Positions 15,447 through 22,403 of a stretch of 23,434 bases of DNA are shown in pieces. Both the position numbers and the translations under genes were made by a program. The notes below the pieces were generated by a model. It did not search any database. It was not told the DNA's origin and was given only the letters and a program-made list of their open reading frames with translations. The stretch's first letter is position 1. The number at the start of each line of letters is the position of its first letter. This DNA comes from Thermoplasmatota archaeon. Lineage in GTDB: Archaea > Thermoplasmatota > E2 > JACPAO01 > JAHFTW01. Where the stretch lies: NCBI GenBank assembly GCA_041622435.1, contig JBFJYU010000012.1, forward strand, positions 1 through 23,434, given 5' to 3'.

Positions 15447-16375
15447 TAGTGCTCCCGCGCGAACAGCGGCGTGTGCACGTCGGGGGCGGTGACCCGCTCC
15501 ACGGGGGCCTCGAGGTGGTAGAACGCGTCCTCGTTGATGCGGGCGACGATCTCGCCGGCAAGGCCGCCGGTGCGTGGTGCTTCCTGGACGATGACACAGC
15601 GGCCGGTTCGCTTGACCGACTCGATGATCGGTTCGGAATCCATCGGGCTGACGGTCTGCAAATCCAGCACGTCGGCCTCGATGCCGTTGTCCGCCAGGGT
15701 GGCCGCGGCCTTGTCGGTGAAATACCGCATCGCGCCCCAGGTCACCAGGGTGAGGTCGTCGCCTTCGCGCACGTGGGCGGTCTTGCGCAGATCCGGCACC
15801 TCGTCGTCCACGGGGACGTCCTCACGATACTTCCGGTACAGGAACTTGGGCTCCATGAAAATCACGGGGTCGTCGCTGCGAATGGACGCCTTGAGCAGCC
15901 CACGGGCGTTGCGAGGCGTGCTCGGCATGACGACCGTCAGGCCCGGCGTGTGGGCCCAGTACATCTCGCGGCTCTCCGAGTGGTGCTCCAGGGCGTGCAC
16001 GCCGGCGCCGTAGGGCATGTGGATCACCATGGGCAGCTTGAAGCCGCCCTGGGTGCGCTTGAGCATGCGCGCCATATGGCTCTCGTAATGGTGGTGAGCC
16101 TGGTAGCTGAAGCCACTGAACTGCATCTCCCCGATGGGGCGCATGCCGGCCATGGCGAGGCCAGTGGCCGCACCCGCGATGCCCATCTCGCTGATCGGCG
16201 TGTCCACGACGCGGTGCTTGCCGTACTTGTCCATGAGCCCGTCGGTGAGACGGAAGATACCGCCGTCCTTGCCCACGTCCTCGCCTAGGATCATGACCTT
16301 CTCGTCGCGCTCCATTTCCTCATCGAACGCCCGGTTCATGGCCTCGATCAGGTTGACGCTGATGGTTTCGCCCAT
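15389..16375 (-). CDS. 2-oxoacid dehydrogenase E1 component beta subunit (TPP-dependent; pyruvate/branched-chain/acetoin-type), ~328 aa
   Basis: The transketolase-like beta-subunit sequence is present (ILGEDVGKDGGIFRLTDGL, DTPISEMGIAGAATGLAMAGMRPI, C-terminal transketolase C domain). ATG 16375 shares one base with the TGA of the alpha gene (TGATG). GGAGGTG lies 6 nt upstream (cacctcc at 16381..16387 on the plus strand). Confidence 0.9.
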   Translation of the reverse strand: MGETISVNLIEAMNRAFDEEMERDEKVMILGEDVGKDGGIFRLTDGLMDKYGKHRVVDTPISEMGIAGAATGLAMAGMRPIGEMQFSGFSYQAHHHYESHMARMLKRTQGGFKLPMVIHMPYGAGVHALEHHSESREMYWAHTPGLTVVMPSTPRNARGLLKASIRSDDPVIFMEPKFLYRKYREDVPVDDEVPDLRKTAHVREGDDLTLVTWGAMRYFTDKAAATLADNGIEADVLDLQTVSPMDSEPIIESVKRTGRCVIVQEAPRTGGLAGEIVARINEDAFYHLEAPVERVTAPDVHTPLFAREHYYMPDEWKVLRAVQRVMSA

Positions 16376-17556
16376 CACCGCACCTCCCCGGCGCCGGCCA
16401 GGTGGCTTTGCACGGAGCTGCTCAACTCGTACTGGGCGTCATGGAGTTCGGACTCGGTCTTGGCGCCGCCGACCGCCTCGAAGTGCTCCAGGAGCTCGCG
16501 CTTCTGGCGCTCCAGGTACGGGGGATTCTCGATGTACGCGTAGTCGAACATGCCCGACACGTCGTGCTCCAATTCGAGCTTGCGCGCCTCGAACGCCGTG
16601 ACGGCGTCGTCGAGCTGCTGCTTGATGCGCTCCTCGAGGTCCGCCTCCTTGGTCTTGTTCCAGAGGCGCTTGGAGGTGAGGTAGGAGCGCATTCGGGTGA
16701 TGGGGTCCTTGGGCACCCAGGCCTCCTCCTCTTCCTTTGTGCGGTACTTCGAGGGGTCGTCCGCCGTCGTATGGAACATCTTGCGGAACGTGACCGCCTC
16801 AATGAGGTAGGGGCCCTTGCCGCTGCGGGCGTGCTCAACGGCCTCGCGGGTCGCGTGGATCACGGCGAGGATGTCGTTGCCATCCACCTGGACGCCGGGA
16901 ATGCCGTACGCGATGGCCTTCTGGGCGATGGTTTCGCTCTTGGTCTGGTGGGCGCGCGGGACACTGATGGCCCACTGGTTGTTCTGGATGAAGAACACCA
17001 CGGGCGCCTTGAACACGGCGGCCATGTTGATGGCCTCGTGGAAGTCGCCCTCGCTCGTGCTGCCGTCGCCACCATACGTGATGGCCACGGCGTCCTCGCC
17101 CTGCAACCGGCTGCCCCAGGCGACGCCCAAGGCGTGGGTGTACTGCGTCCCGATGGGGATGCAGATGGGCAGGTTGCGGTCCGCCGCGTCCATCTCGACG
17201 CCTTCCTCGAAGCCGGCGACGTAGAGCAGATCCAGCATCAGGTCGGCGCCGCGCCACATGGCACAGGCGGACTCGCGGAAACTCGGCACAAACCAGTCCG
17301 TGTCACGGACGCAGTAGATGCTGCCGAGCTGCGCGGCCTCCTGGCCGGCGGCAGGCGCGAACGTGCCGATGCGGCCCTGGCGCTGGAGCTTGGCGCGCCG
17401 CTCATCGAACGCACGGCTGAGCATCATGGTCTCGTAAAGCCGGACCAGATCCTCCTTGGGAACCTTCGGCTCGAGCTTCTTGTCCACGTTGCCGTCCTGA
17501 TCCAGGATGGAGACGTGCTGAATGGTCTGGGATTGATGGGCCGTAGTGATCGGCAT
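16375..17556 (-). CDS. 2-oxoacid dehydrogenase E1 component alpha subunit (TPP-binding), ~393 aa
   Basis: ORF 16375..17619 trimmed to the ATG at 17556, which is preceded by GGGAGGA (17563..17569, minus strand) with a 6-nt spacer. The TPP motif region is GDGSTSEGDFHEAINMAAVFKAPVVFFIQNN, and the C-terminal tail resembles PdhA-type alpha subunits. Confidence 0.9.
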   Translation of the reverse strand: MPITTAHQSQTIQHVSILDQDGNVDKKLEPKVPKEDLVRLYETMMLSRAFDERRAKLQRQGRIGTFAPAAGQEAAQLGSIYCVRDTDWFVPSFRESACAMWRGADLMLDLLYVAGFEEGVEMDAADRNLPICIPIGTQYTHALGVAWGSRLQGEDAVAITYGGDGSTSEGDFHEAINMAAVFKAPVVFFIQNNQWAISVPRAHQTKSETIAQKAIAYGIPGVQVDGNDILAVIHATREAVEHARSGKGPYLIEAVTFRKMFHTTADDPSKYRTKEEEEAWVPKDPITRMRSYLTSKRLWNKTKEADLEERIKQQLDDAVTAFEARKLELEHDVSGMFDYAYIENPPYLERQKRELLEHFEAVGGAKTESELHDAQYELSSSVQSHLAGAGEVR

Positions 17557-17617
17557 GACGATTCCTCCCGAGGGATGGTAAGCGGGCGGCGCGAGCCCGT
17601 CCTCATTCTTAAGGGGC

Positions 17618-17639
17618 ACCCGGACCAGCCGGTCCGGGT
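17618..17639. terminator. Perfect 9-bp-stem/4-nt-loop GC-rich hairpin between the NfeD stop and the E1-alpha start; candidate terminator/attenuator
   Basis: acccggacc-agcc-ggtccgggt was read directly. It lies about 25 nt downstream of the NfeD stop (17664) on the minus strand. No U-tract follows on either strand, so its terminator function is uncertain. Confidence 0.35.
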
Positions 17640-17663
17640 TCGTACATGTTCAGGTGTGAGCCG

Positions 17664-19100
17664 CTATGTCTGGGGTTCTTGGCCCGGACCCGGTGGGCGA
17701 ACCCCGGCCCCCGCGTCAGCGGCAGACCCCGAGTCGGCAGGGCGGCTACCCTCGGCACCGGCACCCGCGTCAGCGTCGGCGAAGGATTCCTCCACCACGG
17801 GCCTGACAGTCAGCCGCAGGTCCTCGCGGTGGACGACCTCAACCGCAGCACCCGCAGGAACCGGCGGCCCATCCGCATCCTCCAGGTGCGCCGTCCACAC
17901 CTCGCCGCGCAGGGTCACCCGGCCCTCGGGCTGCAGGTCCTCCAGGACCCGGGCGCGCTCGCCGACGAGCCCAACGCGGGTCGGCAGCTTGCGGGCCTTC
18001 AAGGCCACGGTCACGGCACCAAACGTGATGGCGCCGCTGGTGACGGCCGCCGCCAGCCCGACGATGAAGAACGTCTGCAAGAACGACGCCGGCAACAACG
18101 GCTCATCCAACAGGAAAACGGCGCCGAGGGCCAAGGCAATCACGCCCACGATGGTCAGGACCCCGTGCGTCGGCGTAAACACCTCAGCGACGAAGAAAAT
18201 CCCGGCCACCGCCAGCAACAAGACCCCCGCCGTCGACGTGCTGAACAAACCCAGGCCGATGATGCCCAGCAACAGCATCAGCGCCCCGATGGTCTCGGGA
18301 ACGTAGGTGCCCGGGTTGGCCAGCCCAAAGATCAGCGCGTAAAGGCCGACCAGGAACAAGATGAACGACACCTGCGGGTTGCCAATGATGTCGACAAGCC
18401 CCGCCAGCGCGCCACGCTCGTACGTCACGATGCGCGCGTTCTCGGTGTCCAGCAGCCACGTGCCGTCGGCCACGTTGGCCCGGCTGCCGTGGACGCTGCG
18501 AATGAACGACGCCACGTCGCGGTCCAGGTACTCCACCATGCCGGTGTCGATGGCCTCGTCGGCCTCAAGGTTGAGGTTCTCGGTGATGAACCGCTCGGCC
18601 ACGTCGGGGTCACGGTCGTGCCGCTCGGCGATCGCCCGCATGCGCTCCACGAGGAAATTCTTCACCTTGTCATCGGCCGGCTGGGTCGAGCCGTCGGGCG
18701 ACGACTGGATCGGCTGCGCCGACCCAATGGTCGTTCCCGGAACCATGCCACTCGGGTGGCCCATGAGCAAAATGAACGTGCCCGCCGAGGCCGCAAAGCC
18801 CCCTCGCGGACCGACGAAGGTCAGCACCGGCACCGTACTGCGCGAGATGGCGCGATCGATGTCGAGGGTTGCATCCACCAGCCCACCCGGCGTGTCCAAC
18901 TGGATCACGAGCGGCACGCCGCGGGCCTCCGCCTCGCCGAGGGCATCCTCAATGTGAATCAGCGTTCCACGCGTGACGACGCCGGTCACGTTGACCAGCA
19001 AAACCTCGTGGCTTCCCCCGGATACCGGCGCCATGGGCGCGGCCAGCATGAGCAGCAGCCCCAGCAGGACGAATCGCCGTCGCACGGCACGACAGCCCAC
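17664..19100 (-). CDS. NfeD-family membrane-bound ClpP-class serine protease (long form: periplasmic protease domain + multi-TM region + C-terminal OB-fold domain), 478 aa
   Basis: The signal peptide is followed by a ClpP-like core (VIQLDTPGGLVDATLDIDRAI...GGFAASAGTFILLMG, a Ser/Lys dyad context), then 4-5 hydrophobic helices, then the C-terminal RVGLVGERARVLEDLQPEGRVTLRGEVWTAHLED, typical of the NfeD OB domain. The GTG start at 19100 is as in the ORF track. Confidence 0.85.
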   Translation of the reverse strand: MGCRAVRRRFVLLGLLLMLAAPMAPVSGGSHEVLLVNVTGVVTRGTLIHIEDALGEAEARGVPLVIQLDTPGGLVDATLDIDRAISRSTVPVLTFVGPRGGFAASAGTFILLMGHPSGMVPGTTIGSAQPIQSSPDGSTQPADDKVKNFLVERMRAIAERHDRDPDVAERFITENLNLEADEAIDTGMVEYLDRDVASFIRSVHGSRANVADGTWLLDTENARIVTYERGALAGLVDIIGNPQVSFILFLVGLYALIFGLANPGTYVPETIGALMLLLGIIGLGLFSTSTAGVLLLAVAGIFFVAEVFTPTHGVLTIVGVIALALGAVFLLDEPLLPASFLQTFFIVGLAAAVTSGAITFGAVTVALKARKLPTRVGLVGERARVLEDLQPEGRVTLRGEVWTAHLEDADGPPVPAGAAVEVVHREDLRLTVRPVVEESFADADAGAGAEGSRPADSGSAADAGAGVRPPGPGQEPQT

Positions 19101-19171
19101 CGGGGACTTATGAAGGGACGCAAACGCCCTGGCGGTGCCCCCGTGCGGGGGGCGACGGTGGATCGGCCCGC

Positions 19172-20812
19172 CTAGAGGATCCGGATCTGCTTGCCAACCG
19201 AGGGCGTACCGTTCTCGTCAAGCACAAAGATGTGGTACCAGCCCGGGGGCGCAATGGTCGGGCCCGACGGGGAGGAGACGATCAGGTCATCGCCCTGCAA
19301 CTCAAAGTCGAGTTCCAGGAAGCGCTGGTCGTAGAACATCGAGTGCGTGCTTGTGCCCATGCGGATCATGGTGACCCGCGCGATATCCCCGGCGTCGGGG
19401 CTCGCCACGGTGAAGAGCTCATCGTGGATGACGACCTCGGGCGCGGCCAGGATTTCGGGGCGGCTGGCGGCGAACATGTACGGCGGGTAGTAGACCTCCG
19501 ACGTGTGCTGGTTGAGGTCGGTTTCCTTCGTCGTTTCGATGTCGCTGCCGGCCACCAGGACGCGGCCGTCGGGCAACAGGACGCTGGTGGAGTGGTACGT
19601 GCGGCCGCGCTGGTGGCTCGCCGCCGGCAGCCAGGACATGGTTTCGGGGTCAAACACCTCGGCCACAAGGGTCGCGGGGTACTTGTCCGACTCGGGCGTA
19701 TAAATCGGAATGTCGAAGCCGCCGACGCGCCGGGGCAAAACGGCGCCACCGCTGACGAAGATCTTGCCGTCGGGCATGTAAACCGCCGTCACGTCGCGGC
19801 GGGCCGTCGCCATCTGGGCCACCGGCTCGAACGAGGGTTCGTCGCCGCTCAGGTCCAGAAGTTCGGTGTTGTACGCCCACAACTCGGCGCGGGCGCCGCC
19901 ACCAATGATGAGGATCTTGTCAAGGCTCGGCAGCAGCACGGAGGTGCCGCCGTCGCGGTAGCTGCCCTTCGTGAAGGGACCGTCGGACCAGGTCCACGTC
20001 TCGGTGTCCAGGAACATGATGCGGGCGTCGGGGCCGGCGCGAACGACGTCGCCGTCGGGCATCAGGTGGACCCAAGGATAGAGCTGCGACACGATGTCGG
20101 CGCTGGGGATGTGCTCCCATTCGGCGGCGCCGGGGCGCAGGATCTCGAACATCTCGTTGATGTTGACATCGAAGTCGGTGCCGGAGAACGTGATCACGGA
20201 GCCGTCGGCCAGGGTCAGGACCGCGGGGTACCAGCGGCCGCGCTCCATGGCGGGGCCCTGCTCCCAGGTCTCGGTCCACGGATCGAAGAACCACGTGTAC
20301 GGAGCGCCCGAGGCGCCACGCGAGCCTTCCGTGTGCGTGCCGCCGACGAGGAACGCGCGGCCGTCAGGCATGACGACGTGGCCGACGCAGAAGATGTTGA
20401 TCTCCTCGTCGCTTCCCTCCAGGGTCGGGGGCGCGACGCGCTCGGTGGCGCCGGTCGCGGGGTCGATGAGATAAATGAAGCTGCGGATTTCCCAGGCCAG
20501 GATCTTGCCCGTGGGCAGGAGGACCTGGTGGATCGCCTTGAAGGGCCATTCGACGGGGTCAGTCCAGGCGCCGACCATAGCCGCCTCGGGGCCGGCCAAG
20601 AGGTCGCCCTGGAACAGGAACTGGCCCTCGTAGTGGGCGCCGTGGCCGCCGAACAAGTCCGCGTGAAGACCCATCAGCTGGCTCTCGTCGCCCTCTTCGT
20701 CGTGACCCGACACCGATGTCAGCAGGCCGGACACGGTGACCATCATCGCTGCGGCAAGCAGGACCCTGCCGCGGCGTGGTGTTCCTTCCGACGATTTGAC
20801 CCTAAAACTCAT
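19172..20812 (-). CDS. Secreted galactose-oxidase-like copper radical oxidase family protein (kelch beta-propeller + C-terminal DUF1929/E-set domain), 546 aa
   Basis: The N-terminal signal peptide is followed by kelch-like blades (repeated GG..LPDG / DG..F..GG units). The C-terminus IRMGTSTHSMFYDQRFLEL...GWYHIFVLDENGTPSVGKQIRI closely parallels the galactose oxidase C-terminal domain (IRYGTATH..DQRRIPL ... GYWMLFVMNSAGVPSV..IRV). Confidence 0.75.
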   Translation of the reverse strand: MSFRVKSSEGTPRRGRVLLAAAMMVTVSGLLTSVSGHDEEGDESQLMGLHADLFGGHGAHYEGQFLFQGDLLAGPEAAMVGAWTDPVEWPFKAIHQVLLPTGKILAWEIRSFIYLIDPATGATERVAPPTLEGSDEEINIFCVGHVVMPDGRAFLVGGTHTEGSRGASGAPYTWFFDPWTETWEQGPAMERGRWYPAVLTLADGSVITFSGTDFDVNINEMFEILRPGAAEWEHIPSADIVSQLYPWVHLMPDGDVVRAGPDARIMFLDTETWTWSDGPFTKGSYRDGGTSVLLPSLDKILIIGGGARAELWAYNTELLDLSGDEPSFEPVAQMATARRDVTAVYMPDGKIFVSGGAVLPRRVGGFDIPIYTPESDKYPATLVAEVFDPETMSWLPAASHQRGRTYHSTSVLLPDGRVLVAGSDIETTKETDLNQHTSEVYYPPYMFAASRPEILAAPEVVIHDELFTVASPDAGDIARVTMIRMGTSTHSMFYDQRFLELDFELQGDDLIVSSPSGPTIAPPGWYHIFVLDENGTPSVGKQIRIL

Positions 20813-20897
20813 TCAGCCACCACTGTGGGCGACCGGCAAAAGGAAGATAAGTCTATGCGCTCACCTGTTGATAGCCCGGAGGTATACGGCTGCGTAG

Positions 20898-21713
20898 CTA
20901 GGCCGTAAAATCCGGCCGGCGCTTCTCGAAAAACGCGTCGCGGCCTTCGCGGTGCTCGGCGGTCTGGAAGGCCATGGCCTGCAGGTGCGCCTCGCGCTCC
21001 AGGGCGTCTGCGAGACCGGCGCCGAGGTTCAGGTGCATGGCGCGCTTGGACAAGGCAGTGGTGGCGCCGGGGCCCCTGGCGAGCTGGTCCGCGAGTTTGT
21101 CTCGCGCGGCCCCCAACTCGGTTGCGGGGGCGGTGGCGAGGATCAGGCCCCACGCCGCCGCGTCGGTCGCCGGAAACGGCGCGCCGGTCCACACGTGGTA
21201 CTTGGCGCGCTGGAGTCCCATGATGCGGGGCAGAATCCAGGTGCCGCCGGTGTCGGGGATGAGGCCCACATGGCGAAACGCGAAGGCGAAGGATGCGTCG
21301 GCGGCCGCGATGGCGAGGTCGCACTGGAACGCCAGGATGGCCCCGGCGCCGTGGGCGTCGCCCTGTACGCAGGCGACGACGGGCTTGGGCAGGTCATGGA
21401 TGGCCATGATGAGCCTGTTGAGGCCGCCGCGCAGGCGGTCGAGGGGGGCGCGGGGGTCGTCGGCGAAGTCCCGCATCACGGTCACGTCGCCGCCGGAACT
21501 GAAAGCGTCGCCGACAGCGTCGATGACCACCACGCGCACGGCGTCGTCGGCGGCCGCAGCCGCGATGCCGGAGCGCAGCGCGTCCAGGGTCTGCCAGTCG
21601 AGCGCGTTCAACTTGTCTGGCCGGTTAAGGGTCAGCGTCATGACCGAGCGGTCATGATCGACCCTGCTAAGCACCGGCTGTGAAGTCTCGAGGGCGCCTT
21701 GGGTCTCGGGCAC
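20898..21713 (-). CDS. Enoyl-CoA hydratase/isomerase (crotonase superfamily), 271 aa, GTG start
   Basis: Crotonase-fold sequence is present: LTLNRPDKLNALD, SSGGDVTVM, ACVQGDAHGAGAILAFQCDLAIAA. The GTG at 21713 is the only in-frame start before the upstream stop. Confidence 0.75.
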   Translation of the reverse strand: MPETQGALETSQPVLSRVDHDRSVMTLTLNRPDKLNALDWQTLDALRSGIAAAAADDAVRVVVIDAVGDAFSSGGDVTVMRDFADDPRAPLDRLRGGLNRLIMAIHDLPKPVVACVQGDAHGAGAILAFQCDLAIAAADASFAFAFRHVGLIPDTGGTWILPRIMGLQRAKYHVWTGAPFPATDAAAWGLILATAPATELGAARDKLADQLARGPGATTALSKRAMHLNLGAGLADALEREAHLQAMAFQTAEHREGRDAFFEKRRPDFTA

Positions 21714-21720
21714 GTGCGCC

Positions 21721-21740
21721 CATGAATGCAGGCGTTCATG
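21721..21740. promoter_or_regulatory. Inverted repeat CATGAA-N8-TTCATG immediately upstream (8-27 nt) of the crotonase start at 21713; candidate operator
   Basis: catgaatgcaggcgttcatg was read directly. It has 6-bp perfect arms and is relatively AT-containing for this genome. It lies in the 78-nt gap between 21713 and 21792. Confidence 0.4.
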
Positions 21741-21791
21741 GCCGTGCCGGTGAACGCGGTCCAGGCGGGCGGCCCGGCCGCAGGGGCGGAC

Positions 21792-22403
21792 CTAGTGGGG
21801 CTCGGCGCCGTACTCGCTGAGGGCTGCCTGGATGATGCGCCCAAGCACCACGTTGGTTTCGGGAACGTTCCAGTAGGCAATGCGTTGCTTCAGTTCCTCG
21901 ATGGCGCTGACGTACAACCCATACACCGCTGGCTCCCTCAACTTGACGTACGGCATCGCGAGGCCGAGCCGGGCCAGGCCCGCGCACGCCGCGTCGTCGT
22001 AGATCGGGTAGGCCTGGTGGATGTGGTGGAGGATGCGGCTCAGCGCCGACAGCGTCAGGCCCGGCACGGCGCGCAGGCGCCCAAGCGGACCGACGTCCGG
22101 GTAATGGATGGGGTCGAGCAAACCGATGGCGTCAGCGGCGGCCTGGTCCGTCCACGTTGGACGCCGCATGCCATAGGCGTCGGTGATGCGTTCAAGGCTC
22201 GCGCGATCCAAGGGGTGCTCGATGGTGTAAAGCAACTCCTGGTACGCGTGGTCCTGCCGGCGCGCCGCCGCCTCGTAGAGACCCGGCACCCGCGCGAAGA
22301 ACGCCGCCACCGCGCCGCCCTGGAAGCCGACGCCAGAGACAGCTTGCGCCACCCGACCGGCCGACCTAGGCCGCCGCGGGGAGCCAGCGTTGACAGAATC
22401 CAT
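21792..22403 (-). CDS. Hypothetical protein (~203 aa) translationally coupled to the upstream BoxB-like gene
   Basis: ORF 21792..22442 with the likely start ATG 22403, which forms an ATGA overlap with the BoxB-like stop. GC3 is high. No motif recognised. Confidence 0.5.
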   Translation of the reverse strand: MDSVNAGSPRRPRSAGRVAQAVSGVGFQGGAVAAFFARVPGLYEAAARRQDHAYQELLYTIEHPLDRASLERITDAYGMRRPTWTDQAAADAIGLLDPIHYPDVGPLGRLRAVPGLTLSALSRILHHIHQAYPIYDDAACAGLARLGLAMPYVKLREPAVYGLYVSAIEELKQRIAYWNVPETNVVLGRIIQAALSEYGAEPH

